Assembly (NCBI GenBank): GCA_947383425.1 | Contig: CANDDE010000023.1 | Location: 1-49,849, forward strand | Direction of reading: 5' to 3' | From: an uncultured Clostridia bacterium | GTDB taxonomy: Bacteria > Bacillota > Clostridia > Lachnospirales > Lachnospiraceae | Length of the DNA: 49,849 bases | Part shown: one piece after another, positions 1 to 10,291 of the stretch | Position numbering within the stretch: position 1 is the stretch's first letter | Layout: each line of letters begins with the position of its first letter | The notes under the pieces: model-generated | What the model was told of the DNA's origin: nothing | The model's database searches: none | The model's input: the letters and a program-made list of their open reading frames with translations, nothing else | Translations under genes and position numbers: made by a program

Positions 1-66
1 TCATGTCAAACAGAGATATAACCCAATCAAACTTATTTTCATAGAGTAGCATACTCTACGAAAACT

Positions 67-969
67 CTATTTTACACATCCTACTAACTCTCCAATCTCA
101 TTTACCCCATGTTTTTTCATATACTGTTCTATTCCTTCTATAACTTCCAAAGTAGCAGTAGGACAAAAGAAATTTGCTGTTCCAACAGAAACTGCTGTCG
201 CACCAGCTAGTATAAATTCTATCGCATCTTCTGCTGTTTGGATTCCTCCCATTCCAATCACGGGAATCTTTACTGCATTTGCTGCCTCGTAAACCATACG
301 TACTGCCACTGGTTTTATTGCTGGCCCTGATAAGCCACCTGTCTTATTTGCTAAGGCAAATGTTCTCTTTTCAATATCAATTTTCATTCCAGTCAATGTA
401 TTAATCAAAGACAACGCATCTGCTCCCCCTGCCTCTGCTGCCTTTGCCATATCTGCAATACTAGTAACATTTGGACTTAATTTCATAATAATTGGCTGTT
501 TTGCACGTTTTTTCAATTCTTTTGTAATCGCTTCTACTGCTTTTGCATCTTGTCCAAAAGCAATTCCCCCTTCTTTTACATTTGGACAAGAAATATTGAT
601 TTCCATTAGATCAATTTCTTCTTCTGCAAGACATTCTACTACTTCACAATAATCTTCTGTTGTCTTTCCACATACATTTACAATAATCTTTGTATCATAT
701 TGTTTTAAAAATGAAATATCTCTCTTTCGAAATACATCGATTCCTGGATTTTGCAGTCCAATTGCATTTAACATTCCACCATAAGTTTCCGCAATTCTTG
801 GTGTTGGATTTCCAGGCCACGGTACATTTGCTACCCCTTTTGTCACAACTGCTCCTAATCGATTTAAATCTACAAAATCACAATATTCTGCTCCCGATCC
901 AAATGTTCCAGAAGCTGTCATAACTGGGTTTTTTAATTCTACACCTGCAATGTTTACTTTCGTATTCAT
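67..969 (-). CDS. pyrD: dihydroorotate dehydrogenase, catalytic subunit (class 1B)
   Basis: 300 aa. TIM-barrel DHODH motifs (ASGTFG..., NISCPN, GGI...). Directly downstream of pyrK-like gene. Family recognised from sequence. Confidence 0.9.
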   Translation of the reverse strand: MNTKVNIAGVELKNPVMTASGTFGSGAEYCDFVDLNRLGAVVTKGVANVPWPGNPTPRIAETYGGMLNAIGLQNPGIDVFRKRDISFLKQYDTKIIVNVCGKTTEDYCEVVECLAEEEIDLMEINISCPNVKEGGIAFGQDAKAVEAITKELKKRAKQPIIMKLSPNVTSIADMAKAAEAGGADALSLINTLTGMKIDIEKRTFALANKTGGLSGPAIKPVAVRMVYEAANAVKIPVIGMGGIQTAEDAIEFILAGATAVSVGTANFFCPTATLEVIEGIEQYMKKHGVNEIGELVGCVK

Positions 970-1751
970 TAAAGTTCCACCTCCTCCGCATCAAAAACTG
1001 GCCCATCTTTACAAATCCGCTTATTATGTACATGGGAATGTTCATCTACTTCCTTTGATTGACAGACACAAGCCAGACATGCGCCTATTCCACAAGCCAT
1101 CTTTTCTTCCAGAGAAATCTGTGCTGGAATTCCTTTTTCTTTTGCATAACTTTGTACTGCCCGAAGCATTGGTGTTGGCCCACAAGCATAGATCTGTTCT
1201 GCTTCAAAATGTTTTCCTTGAATTACATCTAATACATTTCCTTTGATTCCTGCACTTCCATCTTCTGTTGAAATAGAAACCGTTCCATACTGTTTTAATT
1301 CTTCTATCAAAAATAATTCTTTTCCATTTCGATACCCTAATATAATTTCTTTCTCTCCCTGCAGTCTTTTTGCAAGTTCCAACAATGGTGGAATTCCAAT
1401 TCCTCCTCCAATTAGATATGCCTTTTTATGTTCTTTTAATCGATACCCGTTCCCTAAAGGCCCCATAATATCCAATCTATCACCACTCTTGTAAGAGGAA
1501 AACTCTTTTGTTCCCTCTCCCACAATCCGATAAACCACTCGGAGCCTGTTCTGTTCTTTTTCTACTTCACAGATACTAATTGGTCTTGGAAGAAGTCTAG
1601 AACCTTCTTTACAATAGATAGAAAGGAACTGCCCTGGCTGCGCAGCTTTCGCAATAGATTCTGTTTGGAACCAAATACTATAAATATTGGTTGCAATTTT
1701 ATCTTGTTTTATAATAACTGCCTGTTCTTTCCATTTCCATTGATTCTCCAT
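969..1751 (-). CDS. pyrK: dihydroorotate dehydrogenase electron-transfer subunit (FAD/NAD-binding, 2Fe-2S)
   Basis: 260 aa. Ferredoxin-reductase-like fold with C-terminal Cys cluster (CGIGACLACVC). Overlaps pyrD start by 1 nt, the classical pyrK-pyrD arrangement. Confidence 0.85.
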   Translation of the reverse strand: MENQWKWKEQAVIIKQDKIATNIYSIWFQTESIAKAAQPGQFLSIYCKEGSRLLPRPISICEVEKEQNRLRVVYRIVGEGTKEFSSYKSGDRLDIMGPLGNGYRLKEHKKAYLIGGGIGIPPLLELAKRLQGEKEIILGYRNGKELFLIEELKQYGTVSISTEDGSAGIKGNVLDVIQGKHFEAEQIYACGPTPMLRAVQSYAKEKGIPAQISLEEKMACGIGACLACVCQSKEVDEHSHVHNKRICKDGPVFDAEEVEL

Positions 1752-1793
1752 ATCAACATTTTCCTTTCCATTTTATTTCTGTATCTCTATCTT

Positions 1794-2717
1794 TTATTTC
1801 GAAAGTGCTTCATTAATGTCAGTAATCATGTCTATTACTGCTTGACGTGCTGCATCTGCATAATGCTCCTCGCCAAACAAAGCATACTTTTCATTTTTAT
1901 AAGCTGCAATAATTCCCCGAGAAGAATTTACAATAGCTCCCAATCCATCTTTATGGAAATAATGTACCAAATCTTGTGCTTTTCCGCCTTGTGCTCCATA
2001 TCCTGGTACCAAAATATAAGTTTTTGGCATTAACTTGCGAAGAACTTTTCCCATCTCTGGATAAGTAGCCCCTACTACAGCACCAATATAACTATACGTT
2101 TCTCCCATATGTGCCTCTCCCCATTTGGCCACTTGTTCCCCCACTAATTCATACAAAGGTTTGCCATCAACCAGTTTGTCCTGAAATTCTCCACTAGAAG
2201 GATTTGATGTCTTAACTAAAATAAATAATCCCTTTTTTTCCTCTTTACATACATCTAAAAATGGCTGAACTCCATCTGTACCAAAATAAGGATTTACTGT
2301 AGCAAAATCCTCATTAAAAACAGAATATCTTTTATTTCCTATCTGTACTTTTCCTAAATGGGCTTCTGCATAAGCAGCAGAAGTTGAGCCAATATCTCCT
2401 CTCTTTATATCTCCAATTACTACTAATCCTTTTTCTTTTGCGTAGGCACAAGTCTTTTGAAATACTTTTAATCCTTCCAGTCCAAACTGTTCATACATTG
2501 CAATCTGTGGCTTTATTGCAGGAATCAAATCAAAAGTCGCATCAATAATTCCTTTATTAAACTGCCAAGCTGCTTCCGCTGCCGCTTCTAACGTCTCTCC
2601 CATTTCTGCAAATACTTTACTGCAAATTTCTTTTGGAATATAATTCATCATTGGATCTAAGCCTACTACAATTGGTGCATTTGTCTTTCTAATTTTTGCT
2701 ACTAATTGGTTAATCAT
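1794..2717 (-). CDS. pyrF: orotidine-5'-phosphate decarboxylase (long type-2 form)
   Basis: 307 aa. VGLDP and DIKRGDIG motifs typical of OMP decarboxylase. Lies upstream of pyrK and pyrD. Confidence 0.8.
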   Translation of the reverse strand: MINQLVAKIRKTNAPIVVGLDPMMNYIPKEICSKVFAEMGETLEAAAEAAWQFNKGIIDATFDLIPAIKPQIAMYEQFGLEGLKVFQKTCAYAKEKGLVVIGDIKRGDIGSTSAAYAEAHLGKVQIGNKRYSVFNEDFATVNPYFGTDGVQPFLDVCKEEKKGLFILVKTSNPSSGEFQDKLVDGKPLYELVGEQVAKWGEAHMGETYSYIGAVVGATYPEMGKVLRKLMPKTYILVPGYGAQGGKAQDLVHYFHKDGLGAIVNSSRGIIAAYKNEKYALFGEEHYADAARQAVIDMITDINEALSK

Positions 2718-2833
2718 TCTTTTTCTCCTTTTGCCTTTTATTCTATTTTTAACATTTTAGCATAAAGAAAGTATCCATTCAAGAAATCCCAAAAAATTAT
2801 TTTAAAAAATAGATTTCCTTAAATAAATTAATT

Positions 2834-3085
2834 TTACTTAAACAGCCTTTGATATCGTTTTTTTACTTTATTATATTCCTCTTCCGTTACAGGTTCTTCA
2901 TTTATAAAATAGGTAGTTTCCTCTATATGCTCTAATCCAAAAGAAAGACTCTGTTCTATCTCTCCCTCTTTGTAATCATAGATTTTTCTTTCTGAATAAT
3001 ACCCCCAAATCCTCCAAAAGTTCCACTTACATACTTCCATTCCACTACAAAACAATAGTAATATCAATAAAATATAGTTTATCAT
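2834..3085 (-). CDS. small hypothetical protein with N-terminal hydrophobic (signal/TM) segment
   Basis: 83 aa ORF in an otherwise empty gap. Hydrophobic N-terminus, acidic C-terminus. No recognisable family. Confidence 0.3.
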   Translation of the reverse strand: MINYILLILLLFCSGMEVCKWNFWRIWGYYSERKIYDYKEGEIEQSLSFGLEHIEETTYFINEEPVTEEEYNKVKKRYQRLFK

Positions 3086-3112
3086 TTAGCCTCCACTTTT
3101 ACACAATTTTTC

Positions 3113-3724
3113 TTAATAAAAAACATTTTCTTCTGAAATCACCTGATAATGTCCATCTTTATACTCTATAATAATGACATTGCAATTCTTCTGAAACCCA
3201 CCTGACCAAAATTGTTCTTTTCCATGTTGCTTTACATACATCATAATTGCCTTATTAATGGCTCCATGCGCCACAATCATAATACGTTCCAATCCCTTTT
3301 TTTCTAATGGCTCAATTTCATCTTGCATAAAGCCCGCTGCTCTTTTTCCAGCATCTTCTAATCGTTCTCCTCCTTCTGCCGGAACATACAGCCCAGGTTC
3401 TTCAAAAAACTGATTTACCAATTTTCTTTCCTTCTCTGTCATCTGTTCCATAATCTTTCCTTCCAACACGCCAAACCCTATTTCTCGAATCCTTTTATCT
3501 TGAACTACGGTAATCGGTCTTCCAGCCATAATCCATTCTGCTGTTTCATAAGCCCTTTTTAACGTACTAGCATATACAGCATCAAATCTTACTTTCCAAA
3601 GATTCTTTCCTGTTTCCTTTGCCAAACGCCGTCCTTCCTCATTTAATTCAATATCAGAAGTACCCTGAAGCCGTTTTTCCTTATTCCAAACAGTTTCCCC
3701 ATGTCGTACCAAATAAATCTCCAT
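3113..3724 (-). CDS. histidine phosphatase family protein (phosphoglycerate mutase-like)
   Basis: 203 aa. N-terminal LVRHGET...N...R..G motif (catalytic RHG). Later HG motif also present. Confidence 0.75.
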   Translation of the reverse strand: MEIYLVRHGETVWNKEKRLQGTSDIELNEEGRRLAKETGKNLWKVRFDAVYASTLKRAYETAEWIMAGRPITVVQDKRIREIGFGVLEGKIMEQMTEKERKLVNQFFEEPGLYVPAEGGERLEDAGKRAAGFMQDEIEPLEKKGLERIMIVAHGAINKAIMMYVKQHGKEQFWSGGFQKNCNVIIIEYKDGHYQVISEENVFY

Positions 3725-3810
3725 TTTCTTATTCCATCCTTTCCCTTTTGTCTATCCTATCATAACACAATCCATTCTTATTGCAAACAAAATCATAAAA
3801 GATTCTTTAC

Positions 3811-3843
3811 AGAGTAAAAAGACGGCACTTTTTCAGTGCCGCC
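3811..3843 (-). terminator. rho-independent terminator downstream of XRE regulator gene
   Basis: Minus-sense hairpin gacggcact-gaaaa-agtgccgtc followed by TTTTT. Overlaps the stop codon of the 3833..4063 ORF. Confidence 0.5.
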
Positions 3844-4063
3844 CTAACAATTTTTCATTTTCATCCTCAACATATTCAAGAATATCCCCTGGTTGACATT
3901 CTAAAACTTTACAAATTGCATTTAATGTGCTAAAACGAACAGCCTTTACTTTTCCTGTTTTCAAGTAAGAAAGATTAACATTAGATATACCAACCTCTGC
4001 CGCTAAATCATTAAGCCGCATTTTTCTGTCCGCCAGCACTCGATCAAGCCGAATAATAATCAT
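3833..4063 (-). CDS. XRE-family helix-turn-helix transcriptional regulator (YozG-like)
   Basis: 76 aa. Single HTH_XRE domain (RLNDLAAEVGISNVNLSYLKTGK). 4-nt overlap with the upstream membrane protein gene. Confidence 0.75.
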   Translation of the reverse strand: MIIIRLDRVLADRKMRLNDLAAEVGISNVNLSYLKTGKVKAVRFSTLNAICKVLECQPGDILEYVEDENEKLLGRH

Positions 4064-4686
4064 AATGTGTGATCCACCTCATCCTGCAAATGCACCCCAT
4101 AATGGATGATATATGCAGCTACAATAAAAGCAATGCTGGGAATAAGTTTATAAAACATAGTCTGCCCTGTAGAAATGGACATTCGACCATCAGATACAAG
4201 GTTGATAAACCAGCAAATCAACGGTTTAATAAATGGAACAAAAACAGCCACTGAAAATTGGAGAAGCCCATAATAAAGCAAATAGGAGGAGTTTTGTTCT
4301 GTGAAAATTTGCTCTTTATTTATATTGGAAAATACACGGCTCAAAAACCAGAAAGCCAAAATCATAGGAACTACATGAACAGCATATATGAGAGAAAGTC
4401 CTATTTGAATTGTTAGATCAATCTGATCATTGTCATTCGTCCATACATGAATATTATCGCCCAAATAAACCGTCATACTGCGGGAATGTGAGTTGTGATT
4501 TTCTTCGGCATAAATTGCTCGTTCAAATATTCCCATTTTTGTATGTAAACAAAAAGTTTGTCTTCCCATAAAACTAAGGATCGTACATAGAATATAAAAG
4601 CAGATTACAAAATAACAAGCAAATTTCATAAAACAAGCAGCAGGTTTCGCAAATTCTTTCTTTGTGAGTTTTTGAATAAATTTCAT
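4060..4686 (-). CDS. DUF2975-like multi-pass membrane protein
   Basis: 208 aa. Several TM segments. Translationally coupled to the small XRE regulator, which is the recurrent DUF2975/HTH pair. Confidence 0.5.
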   Translation of the reverse strand: MKFIQKLTKKEFAKPAACFMKFACYFVICFYILCTILSFMGRQTFCLHTKMGIFERAIYAEENHNSHSRSMTVYLGDNIHVWTNDNDQIDLTIQIGLSLIYAVHVVPMILAFWFLSRVFSNINKEQIFTEQNSSYLLYYGLLQFSVAVFVPFIKPLICWFINLVSDGRMSISTGQTMFYKLIPSIAFIVAAYIIHYGVHLQDEVDHTL

Positions 4687-4800
4687 TGTTTATCACCTCA
4701 AACTTATGATAGCAAAAAATTTCAAATTTGTCAATAATATTTTAATGACAAACATTAAATTATTATTGATAAACTTGATATTCGAAAGAAAGTCACTACT

Positions 4801-4837
4801 AAAAAATGGCGTACCTCAACTAAGCACGCCATTTTTT
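4801..4837 (-). terminator. rho-independent terminator after trpS
   Basis: Hairpin aatggcgt...acgccatt flanked by A-run and T-run, about 30 nt downstream of the trpS stop. Bidirectional in form. Confidence 0.5.
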
Positions 4838-4869
4838 ATTAATATAAAGATGTACTATCTATTGTTCTA

Positions 4870-6018
4870 TTATCTAGCATATTTTTTACTCTGCTCTTCC
4901 ATCAATTCCAAATCGTCAAAATAGTTCATCTTCATCGCTTTTCTTACCTCTGCCAAAGTCTGTGCTGCTCTTTCCTTTGCAACTTGACTGCCTTCCTGCA
5001 AGATTCGAAATACACCTGGAATATCCTTTTCATATTCCTTTCTTTTTTGACGAATTGGTTCTAATTCCTCCTGCATAATTGCATTTAAAAACTTCTTTAC
5101 CTTTATATCGCCAAGTCCGCCCCTTGTATAATGTGCTTTTAATTCATCCAAATTTTGATACTCTGGCAAATACCGCAAGAAATGTTCCTCCCTGCAAAAA
5201 GCATCTAAATAAGTAAACACCGTATTTCCTTCTAGATGTCCTGGATCAGTAATTTTAATATGCGTTGGATCAGTAAACATACTCATAATTTTTGTTTTTA
5301 CTTCCTCTGCTGTATCTGAAAGATAAATACAATTTCCCAACGATTTGCTCATCTTCGCCTTGCCATCAATTCCAGGCAGGCGAGAGCAAGCCTGATTTTT
5401 TGGTAGTAAACTATCTGGTTCTACTAAAGTTGGAGAATAGATAAAATTAAATCTTCTTACAATTTCCTTTGTCTGCTCAATCATTGGAAGTTGATCTTCT
5501 CCTACTGGTACAGTAGTCGCTTGAAATGCTGTAATATCAGAAGCCTGACTAATGGGATACGTAAAAAATCCTACTGGAATACTAGTTTCAAAATTTCGCA
5601 TTTGAATTTCTGATTTTACAGTAGGATTTCTCTGTAAGCGAGATACTGTAACCAAATTCATATAATAAAAAGTCAATTCTGTCAACTCTGGAACCATAGA
5701 CTGAATAAATAAGGTTGTCTTTTTTGGATCCAAACCACAAGAAAGATAGTCTAACGCAACCTCAATAATATTTTGTCTTACTTTTTCTGGATTATCTGCA
5801 TTATCTGTTAAGGCTTGTGCATCTGCAATCATAATAAAAATTTTATCATATTCTCCTGAATTTTGTAGTTCCACCCGACGCCTTAACGATCCTACATAAT
5901 GTCCAATATGCAGTTTCCCTGTTGGACGATCTCCTGTCAATATTACTTTTTCTTTTGGGATTACTTTTTTTACTTCTTGCTCTTCTATCTTTTCCTCTGC
6001 TCCTATATTTTCTGCCAT
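4870..6018 (-). CDS. trpS: tryptophan--tRNA ligase (class I aaRS)
   Basis: 382 aa. HIGH-type motif ([10 protein letters not shown]) and KMSKS motif (KMSKSLGN). TrpS-like rather than TyrS-like (TyrS has KFGKT). N-terminal 25 aa may be an over-extension. Confidence 0.7.
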   Translation of the reverse strand: MAENIGAEEKIEEQEVKKVIPKEKVILTGDRPTGKLHIGHYVGSLRRRVELQNSGEYDKIFIMIADAQALTDNADNPEKVRQNIIEVALDYLSCGLDPKKTTLFIQSMVPELTELTFYYMNLVTVSRLQRNPTVKSEIQMRNFETSIPVGFFTYPISQASDITAFQATTVPVGEDQLPMIEQTKEIVRRFNFIYSPTLVEPDSLLPKNQACSRLPGIDGKAKMSKSLGNCIYLSDTAEEVKTKIMSMFTDPTHIKITDPGHLEGNTVFTYLDAFCREEHFLRYLPEYQNLDELKAHYTRGGLGDIKVKKFLNAIMQEELEPIRQKRKEYEKDIPGVFRILQEGSQVAKERAAQTLAEVRKAMKMNYFDDLELMEEQSKKYAR

Positions 6019-6071
6019 TTTTCTTTTCCTCCAATTTCTAACTTTTTTTTTAATTCTTAATTTTCTCTTTT

Positions 6072-7574
6072 TTACAATTCTTGGATTCGAATTTCATCTA
6101 AAAGTCCCATTTTTAATTCATAGTAATCTGGCGTCATATCTAAATAGTGATTGTGTGGATTTTGCAAACGTTGTTCCTCTTCCCAAATCTCATTTTCTAA
6201 TTGTGTATTGACATAATCTGCAATTTCTTTTAATGATTCTTCCTGATAGACACAAACCCCATTTAAAAAGATTGGTACTTGCAGTACCTTTGCTGTACAA
6301 TGTTCAAAAAATCGATTTTTCCACGGCTTTATCGGATCGACATAGCGGACGGGTTTTGAAAAATCAATCTCTTCTCCTTTTTTAGCAATCATATCTGCTA
6401 CTGCTTTTCCACTCTCATCAAAAATTCGATATACTTCTTTTCTTCCTGGATTTGTAATCTTCTCTACATTTTCTGATACCTTAATTCTTGGCTCAAACAC
6501 ACCATTTTCCTCTACTGCAGCAATTTTATAAACTGCTCCAAATACAGGATCTGACTTTGAAGTAATCAAACGCTCTCCCACTCCAAAACTGTCAATTTTA
6601 GCCCCTTGATTTAACAAAGAAGTAATTGTATACTCATCCAAACTGTTAGAAGCTACAATTTTACAGTCCTCTAGTCCTTCTGCATCTAATAACTTTCTAG
6701 CTTTTTTGGAAAGATAAGCCAAATCTCCACTATCAATTCGAACCCCTTTTAGTCGCTTTCCAAGTGGTTCTAATACCTCCTTTGCTACACGAATTGCATT
6801 TGGAATTCCACTTTTAATCACATCATACGTATCAACCAACAATATGGTATTATCTGGATAACATTCTGCATACTTTTTAAATGCAGTAAATTCATCTCGA
6901 TAGAACATCACCCAGCTATGTGCCATTGTTCCGCTTACTGGAATCTGAAACATTTGCCCAGCTAGTACAGTAGCTGTTGAACCAACCCCGCCAATATAAG
7001 CTGCTCTTGCTCCATATACTGCGGCATCCATATTGTGTGCACGCCTTGCTCCAAAATCAGAAACCCCTCTTTTTTGTGCAGTCTTTACAATTCGCTTTGT
7101 TTTTGTTGCAATCAATGATTGATGATTAATTTGAAGAAGAATTGCTGTTTCAATTAATTGTGCATCAATAAGAGGTGCAATTACAGTAAGAATTGGTTCA
7201 TTAGGATACATAATCGTTCCTTCCCGAAATGCATAAATATCTCCTGTAAACTTAAAATTTCTTAGATAATCTAAAAAATCCTCTTCAAAAATTCGTTGCT
7301 GTCTTAAATATGCAATATCCTCATCGGAAAAATGTAAGTCCTGGATATACTCTATAATCTGTTGTAATCCAGCAAAAATAGAATATCCTGCCTGATCGGG
7401 ATTGCGCCGATAAAATACATCAAATACCACTCGCACATTTCTATTTTCATTACGAAAATATCCATTACTCATTGTCATTTCATAAAAATCCATCACCATA
7501 GATAAATTTCGTTCTTTGCTTTGCCTAATTGCCATGCCTTTTCTCCTTGTTTTTTTAATTTTTCGTTTTATCAT
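6072..7574 (-). CDS. pncB: nicotinate phosphoribosyltransferase
   Basis: 500 aa. NAPRTase family signatures ([11 protein letters not shown]..., [11 protein letters not shown]). Confidence 0.85.
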   Translation of the reverse strand: MIKRKIKKTRRKGMAIRQSKERNLSMVMDFYEMTMSNGYFRNENRNVRVVFDVFYRRNPDQAGYSIFAGLQQIIEYIQDLHFSDEDIAYLRQQRIFEEDFLDYLRNFKFTGDIYAFREGTIMYPNEPILTVIAPLIDAQLIETAILLQINHQSLIATKTKRIVKTAQKRGVSDFGARRAHNMDAAVYGARAAYIGGVGSTATVLAGQMFQIPVSGTMAHSWVMFYRDEFTAFKKYAECYPDNTILLVDTYDVIKSGIPNAIRVAKEVLEPLGKRLKGVRIDSGDLAYLSKKARKLLDAEGLEDCKIVASNSLDEYTITSLLNQGAKIDSFGVGERLITSKSDPVFGAVYKIAAVEENGVFEPRIKVSENVEKITNPGRKEVYRIFDESGKAVADMIAKKGEEIDFSKPVRYVDPIKPWKNRFFEHCTAKVLQVPIFLNGVCVYQEESLKEIADYVNTQLENEIWEEEQRLQNPHNHYLDMTPDYYELKMGLLDEIRIQEL

Positions 7575-7837
7575 ACATTGTTTTATGTTATCTAACTTTC
7601 TTCCTTTCGATAATTCGATACACCCTAGTTTACACTATAATAGAAAAAAAGTATAGTAAAACTTGTATTTTTGTTAAAAAAATGTCAATCTAGTCTTCCT
7701 TTCAGCTCCATTTTTTCACTTACTATTTTTTTGTCAATTCCAATAACCTATACTTCTTTTTTAAAGTTTTCTTAACATAAAAAAACAGACACTTCATTTG
7801 CCACAAGTAACATAATCGATGCCTGTTATCTATTCTT

Positions 7838-10273
7838 TTATTTTTTCTTTTTTGGATCTAATACGGTTTCCAACAATCCCTCTAAAGAAGTTCCTCGTAA
7901 AAGTCGATTTGTAACATCGGAAACAGACTCTTCGCCTGCAATCGCATATGCCCCCATTGCTGTCGAAACTGTTCCAATCAGTTCTGCATTAGAACGTGCT
8001 GTCATAGATGCTACTAACTCTGGCGTAATACTTTCAAATACACTTCGAACTGCCTCAATATAAGACTTCTGCTTTTCCAATTCAAGTTGTACTAACTTCT
8101 CCTGTTTATATAATTCTGCATTATCTACTTCTTTTTGTCTTGTCAATTCTGCTTTTAATATGGTATCCAATAAAGTTTGTATTGCTTCTTCCGCTTCTTT
8201 GGAAGCTCGAAAAGCGGCCTCTTCTGCTCGTTTTTCTGTCTCTTCACTACTAATTTTTTCTAATTTTAATTTATTTTCTAAAATTAACTTATAAGAATTT
8301 ACCTTATACTGCAGCTCTGCCTGTTCTCTTTCTGACTCCGATAATTTCTGAATCATTTCTAACTTTTTTTCGGCAGCAGATAATTCCAATGTCTTTTCTA
8401 CTACACATTTTTGATAAGAATCGATTACTTTTTGTACAGCTTCTTCTGCCCGAACCGATAAAATCTCAACATCATGAATCCACATCCCATTTTCTTTAAA
8501 AATTCGTCCTGTTCTTGTATCCATTTGCTCTGTAAAATCTGTGTGTTTTAAATCCAACACCACATCTCGAATAATATCAGAAGCTTGTGCATAAAACTTT
8601 TCAATTGAATATTTGTTTGCTTCTCTTTTTAAAAGAGATTTCATTCGATCACACAGATATTTTACATAATTCTCTATCCGAAACCAATTTTCCTGACATT
8701 CTGGCAGAAAGTCCACACAATAAGAAACAGTTACCCAAACTGTAACAAAATCTTTTGTTTGTAACTCAATCTGATCACTGACTTTATTATTATTTGTTCT
8801 CAGATACACCGTGCGAAGTGGCGTATGGGTTGTTTTAGGTTCTCCTGTAGATAGCGATAATACTTCTAATGTCTCGTCATACTCCATTAAATAAGTAATT
8901 GGCCCAGTAATGACCTTTCGATTTCCACTTTTCGAAATTACATTTACTGCATATCCTGTCCATACATCAATACTGACTACCCCATCGTATTTATTATCAA
9001 TTGTAATCGTACGAGGTTTTGAATATGTACTTTTTCTGGAAAATCCAGCCTCTTCTATAACTGCATTTTCCTGCCCAAAAAATCCATTTTCTAATGGAAT
9101 ATCCAATGGATTTCCCAACAAACAAGAAGCAGGAACTGCTGCTGCTTTTCCATACTCTTCTTGTATAATATCATTATAGATTAAAACCTCAATATTTCCA
9201 GGATACCATAAATCACACTGTTGTTGTGTCAATTTTCTTCGAACTACCACTTCTTCTATTGGATTGACAAGATACATAGAAGCACCCTTTACCATCTTGA
9301 TTTTTCCTGTTTTTCGTTCTAAAATATACCTTCCCTCTCCTGTTGGAATGGCAATGGCATGATGAATTACTTTTCCTTCATAATCAATAATCGCATGTTC
9401 TGGTCTTGGATAATAGATCATCTGTTCCCTTCCAGTGATAAATAATTCCTCCCCAGCCGCATATTTCACACCATTTTCCTCATAGCTAGAAACAACTTTT
9501 ACATAAATTCCACTAATCTCCGATAATTCAATTGCCTTAAACTTATATCCTCCCTCTGGATTTTCTACAAATGTTTCATCTGGCTTTGGAAATACTACTG
9601 CTGAACCATGTACATATTTTTTCTCGCCCTCTTCATTTTTTAAAATACAATACTCTAATTTTTCCAATGTTACTGCATCTCGGATATAATTATTTCCCTC
9701 AGTGGAAATTACTTCAATCCCAGTAGGTGGAATATAAAAAGAAACCTCTGTTCCTTTGATGACAAGAAGCTGTCCTGTAATATATGGATTTCTTTTTTCT
9801 CTTGCCTTTCCTTCTTTTTTTGACCCTTCTTCTACCTCTAATGCATCTGCATCATAAACTCGTGCTAACAGATATTGATTAAAATGCAAGCGATGTCCTT
9901 GAATTGCTTTTGCCATCTGTCCAGGATAAAGAGCAAACGATACATTTCCTCGAATATTTACCTTTTTTCCAATCTGAAGCTCTGGCAGTGAATTTGCTGT
10001 TCCTGGTGTAGGATGCCGATAATCTACAGTTGGATTTTTTAAAACTACATACCAATTCTCAGGAGCTGTAATAAACGTAGTAATCGCTTCAGAAAATCCA
10101 GCCTCTTCAAACCGCTTACTCTTTTCATTAAAAATTACTAACGCATCCGAAGTAGATAAACTCATCTTATAAGACCCCACAACGCAAGAAATTAATCCTT
10201 TTGTTTTATCTAGTACATAGGCATATTCATTTGGATTCAATACTAAATCCCGTTCTCTTTGTATATCCGCCAT
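7838..10273 (-). CDS. major vault protein (MVP) homologue: N-terminal vault repeats, SPFH-like shoulder domain, C-terminal cap-helix coiled coil
   Basis: 811 aa. Recalled alignment to human MVP in four regions. N-terminus: YAYVLDKTKGLISCVVGSYK vs YIHVLDQNSNVSRVEVGPK. Repeats: NWYVVLKNPT vs HYCTVANPVS, and FALYPGQ vs FPLYPGE. Shoulder: GPITYLMEYDETLEVLSLSTGEPK vs [24 protein letters not shown]. Then a long E/K/Q-rich coiled coil, as in the MVP cap helix. Length matches eukaryotic MVP. Confidence 0.7.
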   Translation of the reverse strand: MADIQRERDLVLNPNEYAYVLDKTKGLISCVVGSYKMSLSTSDALVIFNEKSKRFEEAGFSEAITTFITAPENWYVVLKNPTVDYRHPTPGTANSLPELQIGKKVNIRGNVSFALYPGQMAKAIQGHRLHFNQYLLARVYDADALEVEEGSKKEGKAREKRNPYITGQLLVIKGTEVSFYIPPTGIEVISTEGNNYIRDAVTLEKLEYCILKNEEGEKKYVHGSAVVFPKPDETFVENPEGGYKFKAIELSEISGIYVKVVSSYEENGVKYAAGEELFITGREQMIYYPRPEHAIIDYEGKVIHHAIAIPTGEGRYILERKTGKIKMVKGASMYLVNPIEEVVVRRKLTQQQCDLWYPGNIEVLIYNDIIQEEYGKAAAVPASCLLGNPLDIPLENGFFGQENAVIEEAGFSRKSTYSKPRTITIDNKYDGVVSIDVWTGYAVNVISKSGNRKVITGPITYLMEYDETLEVLSLSTGEPKTTHTPLRTVYLRTNNNKVSDQIELQTKDFVTVWVTVSYCVDFLPECQENWFRIENYVKYLCDRMKSLLKREANKYSIEKFYAQASDIIRDVVLDLKHTDFTEQMDTRTGRIFKENGMWIHDVEILSVRAEEAVQKVIDSYQKCVVEKTLELSAAEKKLEMIQKLSESEREQAELQYKVNSYKLILENKLKLEKISSEETEKRAEEAAFRASKEAEEAIQTLLDTILKAELTRQKEVDNAELYKQEKLVQLELEKQKSYIEAVRSVFESITPELVASMTARSNAELIGTVSTAMGAYAIAGEESVSDVTNRLLRGTSLEGLLETVLDPKKKK

Positions 10274-10291
10274 ATCTTACCTTTATCCTTT

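Noticed and set aside
690-1494. Plus-strand ORFs 690..923, 950..1246, 1243..1494 and similar antisense ORFs elsewhere (8910..9179, 11425..12250, 25543..26215, 39097..39648, 48843..49529)
   Set aside because: All lie antisense within well-supported minus-strand genes. They have low-complexity composition and no RBS or start context. These are shadow ORFs in AT-rich DNA.
5846-6034. 62-aa K/R-rich ORF
   Set aside because: It lies entirely within trpS in another frame and has a basic low-complexity sequence.
6019-6071. T-box leader upstream of trpS
   Set aside because: Only about 50 nt separate trpS from the upstream gene. There is no specifier or antiterminator structure. trpS is probably co-transcribed with pncB.
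7575-7837. Terminator after the MVP gene / regulatory element upstream of pncB
   Set aside because: The only hairpin has a mismatched 7-bp stem with a 30-nt loop. It is too weak to call, and no riboswitch-like conservation is recognisable.
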